DNA of 64,000 bases from Eledone cirrhosa (GCA_964016885.1 OZ024745.1:115692001-115756000), one strand, 5' to 3'. Shown: positions 10,703 to 24,258, counted from the first letter of the stretch. The notes: generated by a model not told the origin, from the letters alone. Program-made: numbers and translations.

Positions 10703-13494
10703 TAGGAAAATGTTCAAGACCCCGACGGCAGAGCTCAAGTTGTTTCGGCGGCTATTTCTGGACTAAATTAGAATTTTTAGCGTGGTAATAAATAGCGAAC
10801 TTTTCAAGGGGTAATTCCTCATATGGGAAGCTCTAGTTGTCAAAAGGATTTGTCACATTTTCTTGTAAACACAAATAAATCTTTCATGGCGGCGGGTGGG
10901 AGGTGGGGGTGGCTGAACTTGCCTGTAGAACAATGAGGGAGTGGGTGGAGACGGTCAAGCGTTGAAAGTGAATTCTATACATCAAATTCTAAGGAGTGTG
11001 TAAGAAATTATAGGCGAAAAAAGAATTCTGGAGGAATCTGAGTGGGAAGTTGTAAAATTAAAAGGTTAATAAATTGAGATTAAAAAAAAAAAATAATAAA
11101 TAAAAATAATAATAATATTAAAAAATAAAATAATAAAAAAAATAAAAATAAATAAATAATAATAAAAAAAACTAGAGTCTAATGCAGCTGCTATATTTTT
11201 AGCTGGTATTGCGTTTTCGGCCAGTGCTATATAGAATTTACTGGGGTGGGGTACTGAGGCTACAAAAGCCCGATGGCTGCCTCAGGGTAGGCGAAAGAGG
11301 AAAAAGGAAAAGGAAGAGAAAAGGGAGTGGAAGGAAGTGAGAAGAAGAGATAAAGGGAAAAAGAAAAGATGTACATCTACCTATGTAAGCTGGGGTTTCC
11401 CCTATCTTGTTCGGCAAGTGGGGAAAAGAAGGATGTTGCAGCCATTGTCTACCCACCCGGGACATGAGGGGGTTTGAGGGCGAGGTAAGTCCTACGTAAT
11501 CGGTGTTTACATGCAGTTACAAGTTCGTCCTTCTTGCTTTCAGGAGTTGGTCCTTCGTAAACAGCATTTGTATTGTTTCCTCCGAGCTTAGGTTACAATG
11601 ACGGCGTTCTCCCGTGTAGGAGTTAGCCTTGGACAGTAAGCTCCAAGTAAGATGTTATGTTATTATCTTGGAGTTCCCAGATGTGGCCCGAAAGTGTAGA
11701 GGCATGTCGCCGGGCCGGGTTTCTGAACGTATGTCGGTGTTGGTAGAGCCGGGTCTTAAAGTCACATGCGGGTAATGCTATATAGGCTTTGTTGGAGTTT
11801 TCCGTCCTCACGTGCATTGGTAGATTACTTTACGTTCTCGGTATCTGTTGTTGAGCGGGCACGTAGATCTATCAGGGCAGTTACACCTCCTGGTCGGCTC
11901 TCCACTAATGTCTATGTTGTTTCTTCCATAGGAGTTGATTTTCTTGTTGTTTGAGGAGGCGATATTTTGTGCGAAGTGGGGGGTGTGCTGCTGTAGGAGA
12001 GTTTGATAGTGTTTTTGTTGATTATGTTGTGGAAGCGGTGTTGTGGTGGGAAGTGTTTTTCGGGGAGTCTAAAGAAGATTTTCCCGATTGGTGTTGCAAC
12101 CTTGGCATTGTGGGGAGGGTTGAACCACGTTACGTGGCATGAGCGGTGGCGTCGCCTGATGGTTCCGCTAAGGGAAGCTGGATAAAAGGAGATTTCCTCC
12201 CGAAAGTCGCTTCGCCTGAGGGCCTGATTGTTCATCGAATATCTGCTCATTAGCGGAAAAACGAGATATGCGGAGGGAAATGTTTTTAACCAGGTTATTG
12301 GTGATGTTTCTAGGATGGTTACAGCGGCGGTGGATGTAGTGAAGGTTGTCGTTTGGTTTGCTGTATGGGTAGTACAGATCATTTTCGAGGTTGAGGGTAA
12401 CGTCCAGGAAATTGACTCGGGTTAGGGACGTTTGTAGGGTGATTTTAAATCCCCAGACCTGGAAGAAGTTGATTAGGTGTTTACGGACCCGGTCTGTACT
12501 ACTGGGGTTGTACCCTTTGAGGGTAAGGAGCCCATCATCTCGATACAATCCACCGCCGAATGCAGGAAACATTTCGGTGTGTTTATGTAGAAGGAATAAT
12601 CCTATAAGATCGGTCACCTCCGCCGAGTCGGTCGAGCCTATACTGACGTCGAAGGGGGAATCGGGAGCTCTCTTTATCCACTTGGAGTTGTTGAAAAGGA
12701 GGACTGTCTTCCTGGCGTGGAGAATGATGTTTCTTTCCTGGTAGGTGATGGGTGTGAGTGTTTTGGCAAAGTCCAAAGCGGCCGTAAGGAAGGGTAGGGT
12801 AATAGAGGCGTAATAGCTCTCTATTTAGAACTGGATGAATTTGGTGTCCCGTTTGCCCTCAATATTCCTGAACCATGAGATGACTTACTGGGTGCTGACC
12901 CAAAGGCTAAGTCTCGCGTTTTGCTTAACTTATGGTATAACGCGGTCTAGGATCTTTTTATTAATTCTCCCTATGTCCGACTTCGTTATTATTTAATTTT
13001 TTAATATTATTATTATTTTTATTTATTATTTTTTAATTTTTTTAATCTCAATTTATTAACCTTTTAATTTTATAACTTCCCACTCAGATTCCTCCAGAAT
13101 TCCTTTTTCGCCTGCTTTATAGCTAGCCTAATTTCTTACACACTCCTTAGAATTTGGTGTATAGAATTCACTTTCAACGCTTCACCGCCACTCCCTCATT
13201 GTTCTACAGGCAAGTTCAGCCACCGCCATGAAAGATTTATTTGCGTTTACAAGAAATGGTGACCAATCCTTTTGACAACTACAATCTTCCCATATAAGGA
13301 ATTACCCCTTGAAAAGTTCGGCTATTTATTACCACGCTAAAAATTCTAATTTAGTCCAGAAATAGTCGTCGAAACGGCTTGAGCTCTGCCGTCGGAGTCT
13401 TGAACATTTTCCTATTACCCACTCTACTATCCTAAGTATTGAGTACTCTGGTGCATTATGGTCCATCTGGTTCCTTACCACACTTCCTTCGTTA
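10703..13494 (-). mobile_element. 5'-truncated Penelope-like element with inverted terminal copy and 3' tail, inserted in (TA)n
   Basis: RT remnant GGGLYRDDGL..VNFLDVTLNL..YYPYSKPN..NHP; linker CNCPDRSTCPL; GIY-YIG FKTRLYQH (about 11500-12985); 12985-13415 is the reverse complement of 10703-11135. Confidence 0.92.
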
Positions 13495-13961
13495 TATATA
13501 TATATGGTTTCGTAACTCTTGATTGAGTCGTAGGAGCGCCGTATCGACATACAGCAGGCCTGAGTACAGAAGATGTCTTCCCGCGAAAGATAGAAAGTAA
13601 GAGGAAATGGGAAAGAGATATAAAGGAAGAATCGATCTCAGTAGTTGACTGGTACTTTTTATATCTACCCAGAGACTAAAGAGCCGGAACGAATACCATA
13701 AAGCATCCTATCTGACGTTCTATCGACTCTGCCAATTCGCTGCCTATATATATGATATATGATAGGTGTAGGTATTATCTGGAAAGAAAATATTCTGAAA
13801 TGCTTCAGAATGATCTCATTTTTTGTTGTTGTTTTTTTCTGTGTACGGAGAAATAGTTACAAATGTTTAAATTTAAATTTCACAGTTCACTCTTTTCATA
13901 GGTAAAGCTTCTAATTAAAATTAGACAGTTATATCTACATTAAGGTTTTGTGTAAATTTTC

Positions 13962-14025
<64 letters not shown>

Positions 14026-14071
14026 CCATCAAAGGTTTTATTGCATACATAACCATAAATAGTACCCTTAA

Positions 14072-14111
<40 letters not shown>

Positions 14112-14114
14112 TAG

Positions 14115-14603
14115 AAACAAAATGGCGTAGGATAGAAGAAAGGAAAGGCACAGAAACAAAGAAAGGAATCCCCAGTCACTGAAGAGGTCACAGAGTGTGT
14201 GACGAAAGGACTATGACTGTATATAAACAACTATCTGGTTGTGGAACCAACCAACCAACCAACCAGAAATTTATAAGTTTGTAGATTTGTAAATTTATAA
14301 ATTTATAAATATATAATAAATTGAAGTGAAAGCAACTGGTGCGTGTGTTTCTTATTGGCAACGTGACCCTCCCAAAGTATAACAATATCGGTTTCAACAC
14401 ACGATTTTAGATAAAGAATCTTGCTAAACAAATTCAGAAACGAAATATATATATATAACGAAGGAAATGTGGTAAGGAACCAGGTGGACCATAACGCACC
14501 AAAGTACTCAATACTTAGGGTAGTAGAGTGGGTAATAGGAACGAGTAGGACCCCGACGGCTGAGCTCAATCCGTTTCGACGGCTAATTCTGGACTGTAGT
14601 CCA

Positions 14604-14657
<54 letters not shown>

Positions 14658-14789
14658 ATACTTTGGGAGGGTCATGTTGCCAATAAGAAACACACGGACC
14701 ATTGGAAACATGACCCTCCCAAAGTATAACAATATCGGTTTCAACACACGATTTCAGATAAAGAATCTTGCTAAACAAATTCAGAAACG

Positions 14790-14845
<56 letters not shown>

Positions 14846-15032
14846 CGAAGGAAATGTGGTAAGGAACCAGGTGGACCATAACGCACCAAAGTACTCAATA
14901 CTTGAGGTAGTAGAGTGGGTAATAGGAACCAGTAAGACCCCGACAGCTGAGCTCAAGCCGTTTCGACGGCAAATTCTGGACAGAATTAGCCGTCGAAACG
15001 GCTTGAGCTCAGCTGTCGGGGTCTTACTGGTT

Positions 15033-15036
<4 letters not shown>
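14115..15036. mobile_element. Chain of short Penelope terminal fragments from two families separated by (TA)n
   Basis: 14115-14445 and 14653-14792 match the family at 1-330; 14456-14608 and 14843-15036 match the end of the 10703-13494 element. Confidence 0.8.
14173..14219 (+). ncRNA. Minimal type I hammerhead ribozyme
   Basis: cagtca-CTGAAGA-g gtcaca gagtg tgtgac-GAAA-ggac-TA-tgactg. Confidence 0.8.
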
Positions 15037-15080
<44 letters not shown>

Positions 15081-15088
<8 letters not shown>

Positions 15089-15471
15089 TAAACGGAATAG
15101 AAAATGCTGACAAATTGTTCACAGTTGAAAAATGGTTTAATTAGGAATAAAAGAGTATTAGTGATTGTATGGGTTAGTATTCAGTTGTGGTTTTAAGTTT
15201 TTAAGTTTTTACCGGTTGCGCATTTCTAAATGCTTTTCAAAAATAATTTTGAGATAGAGTGTCCGTGCTGTTTGCTCTGATCAGCACGGACACTCTATCT
15301 CAAAATTATTTTTGAAAAGCATTTAGAAATGCGCAACCGGTAAAAACTTAAAAACTTAAAACCACAACTGAATACTAACCCATACAATCACTAATACTCT
15401 TTTATTCCTAATTAAACCATTTTTCAACTGTGAACAATTTGTCAGCATTTTCTATTCCGTTTACCAATATA
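15081..15471. repeat. Perfect palindrome (190-bp arms, 11-nt loop) containing a variant hammerhead-like motif
   Basis: 15081-15270 is reverse complement of 15282-15471; related fragment at 26494-26620. Confidence 0.95.
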
Positions 15472-15502
15472 TAATAACTTGTGTGTTACACCTCTATTCT
15501 TT

Positions 15503-15650
<148 letters not shown>

Positions 15651-15731
15651 AGGGCCTTTTTTCTTTTTTTTCCTTTCTTTGATTCGTCAAAGTGACATTA
15701 TTGAAAAAATGAGACGTCTCCCCGAAAAAAA

Positions 15732-15922
15732 GGGCGGTGGATTGGCAGTATCGGTAGAGGGTCGGATGCCATGCTTTGCAGCACAGTTACGTCCCTTTAC
15801 GGACTGAGTTCAAAACCCGCGGAGGTTAACTTTGCCTTTCATCCTTAAGGGGTCGATAAAATAAAGTACCAGTAATACACTGGAATAATTGCTGGCCTTG
15901 TGCCAAAAGTAGAAACAATTAT
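15732..15922 (+). mobile_element. OR2-like SINE with target-site duplication
   Basis: Full copy flanked by ATTATTGAAAAAATGAGA on both sides. Confidence 0.9.
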
Positions 15923-18243
15923 TGAAAAAATGAGAGGTTGGAATAAGATACCTCTGCATTGATCTCATGTTGGCATTTTCGAATTAGAAAGTGATGCTGT
16001 GTGATCACTGGTGAAATATATAACGCAGTATGGGCTCACGTATGTATCGCTGAGTATGGAAGAATGGGAGTTCCTTTTATTTTTTTATTGATTATTTTTC
16101 TACTTTGCGGAAGTAATTGCCGTGGGATTAGACATTTCGTTTTCATTGTGTCATGGTAGTGTGTTGATGGAATGTCGTAATACTATTGAAGTATAGAATG
16201 TGAATGCCTAAGTGTGTGAAAGAATGTGGGGTGACATGAAGGGTGAGATAGAGGTAGATAGAGATTGAGAGAATGAGGAAGAGAGGGGAGTAAAATGTGT
16301 TTATCTTTCTGTAGTGACTAGTAGGGAGAGAAAGGGGTTAGTCATCGTTCTAGAATAGTTAATGAGCCACGGCTTTAAACTATTGATGCTTAATTAAACT
16401 ATAAATTAGTAGTTGATGCTGACCAAATTAAACTATAAATTAGTAGTTGATGCTGACCAAATTAAACTATAAATTAGTAGTTATTATAGAGAAAGATGCT
16501 GACCAAACCTCTCTCCCTTTCTCTACTCTTGAGTATTATGAATGTCAATACCCATTACTGAATGGTGATAAATACCTGGCCTTATCTCTTCTCCCCGCAC
16601 GGAGGCATCATTTTACACCCTTTGTCATTTCACACCCAAACTCCAATACTAATACTTCTTTCCACCAACTCACTATTATCACAACGATGGAAATAAATAA
16701 AACACTATCAATTCGTTCACAACATTACTTCTAATACTGCAGATTCAGAAATGACAGCAGAAGAACAGCACAGGGTTATCCTTCTTTGGCAATATGTTAT
16801 ATGTTTATCCCAAAATATGAAATACTGATTAAACAAATAATTTTGTTATCGTTGTTGATAGCAGTTAGTATTCTATTTACCTTTCTGTAGCTCTGCCCAA
16901 AACACCGTTAACTATTTTTAACTACATAGTTAACTACTTTTATGGAACCATCCCTGGATTGGAAAGAGTTTATTTCACCGGTGCTCTTACGACTGAATTA
17001 TATTTAGCTAAATTCTGAGTGAATTCATCTGCTAAATAAAATTGTGCATGAAAACGAAATTTTAGTGTTATTTCATTTTAATAGTATATATACATAAGTA
17101 TCAAAGGCATAACGTGCTTCCGAGAGTCGAATTCAGGTTTGAGCCGAACAGTCTAACCCTAACTATGCGTGTACGCATGACTAGAATAGTGCCGAGCATT
17201 GCAGAAAAAAAAAACATCAAGAAGACCTTACAAAAACATTCGACACTCTGTGTAGGAGGCATCTATGGAGGATTATAATATATGTCTATAATATATCCCA
17301 CCCTCATCAAATTTCTCAATACGGACATACAGTTACATGGGGACGAACATAGCCATGCCAGATGCACCCACGAGCTCTCAAACACTTCTTATGAAACGTC
17401 TTAAAAATTACTATCCTCACTACAATGAAAATATTTTATCTGCCAGATAATAAATAATTCTTACGGTCAGCAAACCTACGGTAAAGGAAATGGTGCATTG
17501 TTTAAAGCCCCAGCTTATCTCTACACTATATATAATACACCCCATGACAGCTTTTACACGTCAATTTCATACATCTGCCTCATATCAGCTCGTTTTACAT
17601 GCTAAAGTCATAAGTATACTCTGTCTTACTTAGATTGATGTAAATCAGGGAGTACACAAAGAAATTTTATGTGAAGAAATACGTAAAAAAATACAAAAAC
17701 GTACATATGGGGAGTACGTCAAAGAATACACGCAGCATCTCACATAGCGGTATATATACATCTCACATAGCGGCCCTATCGATACTGTCAATCTACCACC
17801 CTTGGATTGGGGAACCATTTAATGCTAACAGATGATTTATTCTCTTTTAAACAAATCTCTAGTTTATTGTTAACGCTTGAAGAACATTTGCTGTGAAATA
17901 TTTGCCAACAAATCTAAGAATTACAGCAGGAAAAAGTAACGAGGTAGTAGCTCAGTTATGTATCAAAGGTGTGAGACTCGAAACGAAATACCAGAGTATA
18001 CCAGAGGTGACAGAATGTGGTACAGAGATACAACACTTTCAGTACACTTAGATGCATCTGTTAGGATGCTACTGATTCAAGATAGACTACTGAAGTTCAT
18101 AGGTGGAGCTCTATATTTATTAAAAAGAAAATACAATCAATTAATTAAAAGGAATTATTTTCGAAACTTATGGAAAGATGTGAAAATTCATCTCCGATTA
18201 TTAACCAGAACAACATCAATACAATTCATGGCAAAGAATGAAA

Positions 18244-18432
18244 TAATTGTCTCTACTTTTGGCACAAGGCCAGCAATTAACCAGTGTATTACTGGTACTT
18301 TATTTTATCGACCCCGTAAGGATGAAAGGCAAAGTTAACCTCGGCGGGACTCGAACTCAGAATGGCAAGGGCCGTAACTCTATGTGTCAAAGCATAGCGC
18401 CCGACCCTCTACCGATATTGCCAATCCACCCT
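18244..18432 (-). mobile_element. OR2-like SINE with 20-bp target-site duplication
   Basis: ATGGCAAAGAATGAAATAAT on both sides. Confidence 0.9.
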
Positions 18433-18504
18433 CGGTGGAATGGCAAAGAATGAAATAATGATATAGCGAAAGGTTGAAACCATATATATGCGAATATATA
18501 TATA

Positions 18505-18661
18505 TAACAAAGAGGGTATGATAAGAAGCCAGGTGGACCATAACGCACCAGAGTACTCAAAACTTAAGGTAGTAGAGTGGGTAATAGGAAAAGAGCTCCG
18601 GCCGTTTCGACAGCTAGCTGTCGAAACGGCCGGATCTCAGCCGTCGGGGTGCTGACTCTTT

Positions 18662-18666
<5 letters not shown>
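18505..18666. mobile_element. Mini hairpin copy of the 10703-13494 Penelope family end
   Basis: Tail plus palindrome centred on cagCTAGctg; flanked by (TA)n. Confidence 0.8.
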
Positions 18667-18733
<67 letters not shown>

Positions 18734-18791
18734 TTATTTAGTGAAAGAGTGAAGAATAACATGGTCGGCTGTACAAAAAGGGTTTTAATTA

Positions 18792-18906
18792 CAGTACTAA
18801 CAATTGTTTCATTGATCAGGTGAGTCTATAGGCCGCTAATCACTCGACGTTGCGTCACTCGACCTTAAATACAGTGTGTGACTCTGATCAAATCATCGGA
18901 ATACTG
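18792..18906 (-). ncRNA. Hammerhead-like motif with CCGAUGA core and long stem II
   Basis: cagtatt-CCGATGA-tttgatcag..ctgatcaat-GAAA-caattg-TT-agtactg. Confidence 0.6.
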
Positions 18907-19170
18907 GGTGGGCCAGCAGTAACATTAATAGGGGTAGAAACTGCCAAAGTCCCCCTCAGCGGCCGAAGACCTGGAGTTCTGTGACCTTAGTTTGTATCTT
19001 TATTTTTTTAAAACAGTGTTTTAAAGTTTCCCCTTAAACAATTGTTTTTCCTTCGTTGTCTTGTCCTCTCTTTGCTATTTTTGTCCATTATACATACATA
19101 TATATATATATATATGTGTAGGTCGACTTTGCTTGCCCACAGCCAAAGCTTCGATTTTACTAAGCTTCCA

Positions 19171-19216
<46 letters not shown>

Positions 19217-19775
19217 TAGGAAAAATAGTGTGCTGCGTGGTTGCAAATGGGTTACATATGAATAAAATTAGTCCTTCATCAGTGATCTTCCAGCCTTCAT
19301 TGGTATTTCATCGCTTTAAAGATCATATATCACTGGTTGGTGCGAGCAACGGCTAAAGAAAGTCGTTGGGACACGTAAATAGGGAAAACGAGCGAGACAG
19401 TAAACAAACAAAGATGGTAATGCAAGGAAAGGTGAGGAAGAACGAGTCAAGTCCCTGAAATCGGTGAACATAAGTTCTGTGAAATTCGTAGACGAGAGAT
19501 AAAGACCATCCAACCTGGTTGAAATGTGAGCGAGAAAGAATTTCGTACAGGTCAAACGGGAGGAAGTGATGGAGAGGGAGTAGCAGAGAGTGAGTGAGTG
19601 AAAGTGTGAGGAAGAGGCTAACAGAGAGAGTGACTGGCAGAGGGGGTAAAATGAAAGTGAGAGAAACAGAGAAAGGGAAGCAGTAAGAAAGAAACATACG
19701 GGTCACAGCGGAGGAAAATATATAAATATATGAAAAAATGGCGTGCTGCGTGATTGCAATATATATATATATATA

Positions 19776-19844
19776 TATGTTTCTATATTCTGGCACTTTC
19801 GGTGTTTATATATATATATATATACATGTGCGTGAGTGTGAGTC

Positions 19845-19914
<70 letters not shown>

Positions 19915-19983
19915 GACTCACACTCACGCACATGTATATATATATATATATAAACACCGAAAGTGCCAGAATATAGAAACATA
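19776..19983. repeat. Perfect palindrome centred on a (TA)n tract
   Basis: Arms of about 75 bp, including non-microsatellite sequence, mirror each other across (TA)n. Confidence 0.9.
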
Positions 19984-20454
19984 GTGACAAAGAAGTAAAG
20001 GCCTGTGAGATATATTGAATTTGGGGTAGAAAAAAACGGACTGAAAAACGTTTGAGACTGGTTTAACTCTCTTTGTCCAATTCAATGTAGATTCATTATG
20101 CTAGCCTCAAGCCATCTTTTTATCACCACAATAATCAATAGTAACTCCATTATATATCAAATTCGTATACATCTCTTGGAACCTAGACAGGTGTTTTAAC
20201 AATAAACATTCATTCTATTGTAACATATGATTTGTTCTCTTTTAAACATATATCGTGTTTATTTTCAATGCTTGAAAAATCTTTGCTGCAAAACATTTGC
20301 CAACAAATCTAAGAGTTGGAAAAGGTTAAATGTATTGTTTAAATCATTAGCCAGATGGAGAACATACATTTGTACCAGTAATTGTATGTTTCGGATATGG
20401 TGTAGTGGTTATTCAGAAATATTTCATTGTGGTCAATATAAAATACATTTGTAG

Positions 20455-20870
20455 GAAAAAAGTGCGTAGAGGAGGATCCAGAACACAGATAGGGGTTGGT
20501 ATACATATATTTAGTGTGCGTTATCGGAAGGGTAAGACCCAGTATTGGTGACAAGGCGAGACTAGGGTGGTAGATGAACTTGAGAGCAGATGTTATGCAG
20601 ATATATATTAGTGGGAAAATAGAGTGAAAAACAGCATGTCTGTGAGCCAGTATTTGTAGCCTGTTAGTAAGTGGGTCTATCTTAAATGGTCTGATCACCG
20701 TCTTTTCGATGCAATCTAAGATGTTTCTATGTGTACTGGCGGCAGAACTGCACCACATTTCGGAGTCGTACTTCGTTGTAGGACATACGTGAATTTTGTA
20801 GCGAGTTAACAAATAACCACTCTACAAAGCATCAGTGATTGTACGACTCAGCCTTGTGGCTCATGTGCGG
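20455..20870 (-). mobile_element. Degenerate LINE RT C-terminal fragment (Jockey/I-like)
   Basis: HVCPTTKYDSEMWCS..ILDCIEKTVIR..LQILAHRH resembles the conserved RP.MEY.S.IW..LDR.Q.RA.R..L.HRR thumb motif. Confidence 0.55.
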
Positions 20871-21440
20871 AAAAAAAACTAATAATTTGAAATCTAAAAT
20901 GATTGCATTGTGGAAGAAAATCAGTTTACCATGAACCCATTTGAGGATGTTTATAAATCTCGCTTGAGGAAAACAGCTCCAAAATGTTACAAACAGTAGA
21001 AGCAGTTAATCTTAGAAGTAAATAAAGCACGCAGAGATTTTATAGTCATCTTACCGTAGCGGTAATGACATAAATTATTTAATGTTAAATGTAGATTAGT
21101 GGCTGGAGGGGAATTGTGGATAAGAAAGTAAATCCAGATAGTAGTTTTGGTAGGAAGACCACTGAATATTTATTCCCCCACCACACACAAGCACACACAT
21201 TCACACATAAGCACACACATACACATATACATACATACACACAATCATACGCACACACTCATACGTACGCGCACAAGTACATCAAAATCTCTCTCCTGTC
21301 ATGTTTGTCAAGCAGTTCTGATAAATACTATACTTTTATGATGCGTAAAATAAGATAAAACATTTCTTAAGTCTCCATAGTCATTACAAGATAAGAATTA
21401 CACAAAACTCCGTTGCTGGCATTTAGTTTCTAATTAATTT

Positions 21441-21657
21441 GGGCGACGGATTGGCAGTATCAGTAGAGCGTCGAACAACATAGTTCGCGGCATATAGTTA
21501 TGGCTCTTTTCGTTCAGAGCTCAAATCCGCCTAGGTTAACTTTGTCTTTCATCCTTACGGGGTCTATCAAATAAGGCACCAGTAACGTACAGGGGTCGAT
21601 TTAATTGACTTCCTCTTCCCCTCAAATTGTTGGCATTGTGCCTAAATCAGAAACTAT
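21441..21657 (+). mobile_element. OR2-like SINE (older, diverged)
   Basis: Same A/B boxes and core as the other copies. Confidence 0.85.
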
Positions 21658-22037
21658 TAATTAATCGTTTATGTGTTATCTCCTTTCCTTTTCTTTTGTT
21701 AGAATTAAATGTTGAAATTTTAATTGCGTGAGATTTAGCTTTTAGATGATATAACTGATTTTATTTCATTTTTTATGGCAATTACTAAAATATATAGTCC
21801 TCGGTTCCAGATTTCCAACAGGCCAATCACTGCTCTACTATATATTTGATAGCAAGTATAAAAATGAACATTGTACAACTCGTGGCAGAGTTAATTGTTC
21901 AAGAAATTTTGACCTTTTCGTTGATATTTGCATCGTTCAAAAAAAGTTCCCTGAAATCCATAAATATGCATGCATACATAAGTGCATATATATATATATA
22001 GATGTGAGAAAAACCACAGACCGTCCATCTCAACTCA

Positions 22038-22075
22038 CCTTTTGAAAAGCAGAAGAACTGCGAAACCGGTAAAGG
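22038..22075 (+). ncRNA. Minimal hammerhead ribozyme with compensatory U3-A8 core
   Basis: cctt-TTGAAAA-gcag aagaa ctgc-GAAA-ccgg-TA-aagg; inverted paralogue at 32723-32759. Confidence 0.7.
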
Positions 22076-22206
22076 AACCAAATAAATATATATATTTAAA
22101 AAAAAAATAAGACTCCAGTTGCATTTTCGACTTCATCTCTTTTTCTTTATACTTTCACTCGTGTAGGACACCTCGGTTATTTTTCATTTTGTAAAAAAAC
22201 CCTCAC

Positions 22207-22263
<57 letters not shown>

Positions 22264-22284
22264 CACATGCATACATAGGTACAT

Positions 22285-22445
22285 ATATGGCTAAGTGGTA
22301 AAAGAATTGGATTCACAATCGTGAGGTTCTAATTCCTGGACTGTGTGATGCATGCGATATGTCCTTGAGCAAGACACTTTATTTCACGTTGCTTCTTCTA
22401 CCTGGAGTTGCGACCGATATATAGTACTAGCAATTGGAAAGACCA
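22285..22445 (+). mobile_element. Second tRNA-derived SINE family (also about 30757-30910 on + and about 57700-57950 on -)
   Basis: TGGCTAAGTGG A box followed by the shared GTCCTTGAGCAAGACACTTTATTTCACGTTGCT core. Confidence 0.7.
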
Positions 22446-22679
22446 ACGGAAACATTCTCTTAGATTCTCTAGATTCTCCTAGATTCATGTATACGATCGA
22501 TAACGGTTTAGTTATTTTTTGTTTACAAACACTAGTTGACAGTTTTTATCTTGAGGCTGTGAGAATTCCTTTGTTTTCACAACCCGAAAATATCCGTAGG
22601 TAATATCCGTAGTGGTAGAGCACTCAGTCCATGGGACGAGTTAGGTAGAAGTGGTTACACAACAGTTAGTTCACCATAC

Positions 22680-22717
22680 CGAGAACAATTGTTTCACCTT
22701 AGCGGATCCTCAGCTCG
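22680..22717 (-). ncRNA. Minimal hammerhead ribozyme (2-bp stem II)
   Basis: cgag-CTGAGGA-t cc gctaa gg t-GAAA-caattg-TT-ctcg; duplicate at 24259-24296. Confidence 0.7.
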
Positions 22718-22725
22718 TAATGAGG

Positions 22726-22893
<168 letters not shown>

Positions 22894-22901
22894 CATATGT
22901 A

Positions 22902-22955
<54 letters not shown>

Positions 22956-23063
22956 TAATAGATTAAATATTAATAAATATTTGCTCTACGGTTCTTATAT
23001 ATTTGATATATATTTATCCTTATCGAGCCCTCTTTGGATTTTAGTTTTCAAATTTATTATTAT

Positions 23064-23159
<96 letters not shown>

Positions 23160-23162
<3 letters not shown>

Positions 23163-23735
23163 TTTATCGTGACGATGGCCTTTTTTACTATCTGCAACTT
23201 AGTTAACCTTAATATTATTAAGAACAATATACATGATCTCTTTAAGCACCATAACCTTAAAATTGAATTTGATAACAACGTCAAACTAGCTAACTTCTCT
23301 TGGATATATCCCTTAATCTTGACACTGGCCTATATTACCCTTACCATAAAAACAATGAGAATCTAAATTATGTTAATTTTAAATCTAACCACCCAACTAA
23401 CATTAAAAATACTATAGTCAGTGATATTGAAAAAAGAATCTCAAATCTATCCTCTAATAATAATATCTTCGACGCTAATGCCAATTACTATAATAATGCG
23501 CTTTCTAAAGCCGGTTATCCTGATAAAATTAAATACAGTAAGGAAACCAATCATCGAAGGTCTTATAGTAAAATAATTAATTACGAACATTCCAATAACT
23601 TAAATAAAAGACCTAGATACAAAAATATAATTTGGTAAAATGCTCCTTTTTCTCTATCTATTAATAATAATATTCCTAAACTATTCTTTAGGGCCTTAGA
23701 TAAATGCTTCCCTCCCTCACATATCATATTCAAAG
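23160..23735 (+). mobile_element. Penelope-like RT fragment
   Basis: IYRDDGL at the start; DISLNLDTGLYYPYHKNNENLNYVNFKSNHP; follows (TA)n. Confidence 0.88.
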
Positions 23736-24118
23736 TGACCATTTTGATGGCTCTTCTGCACGACAAAACTGCATTCTTTATATTTTTCTCAGAGACAGCT
23801 GATCCATCATCCACTAGCCCTCCCTGTGGCTCTAAGCCAGAAGAGTCATAACGACCAGACTGTTCCTTGACGGTGTAATTAAGGGCATTAACCCTAGTGC
23901 TGTTAGATAGACTCTCTATATTTCTTTTCAATGGTTGACAATACCTTACCGGCGCCACTCGAATAAGGTAGTTATTTAACCCATAAATGGGGCCCTAACA
24001 TGTACTACTACTCCGGGCCAGAGCAGACCTGGGAGTATTGACAACTAAGGAGTAACTCCACATTCCCCACAGATCCTGAACTCCCGCACTGGAGCCGTGC
24101 CACTGGATGTAGCTTAAT

Positions 24119-24163
<45 letters not shown>

Positions 24164-24258
24164 GTAGAACACTGGAAGGTAATATCGGTAATGGTAGAGC
24201 AATCAGTCCATGGGACAAGTTAGGTAGAAGTGGTTACACAACAGTTAGTTCACCATAC

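Noticed and set aside
11500-12985. In-frame TGA in the Penelope ORF as selenocysteine recoding
   Set aside because: The copy also has frameshifts and other stops; ordinary decay explains it
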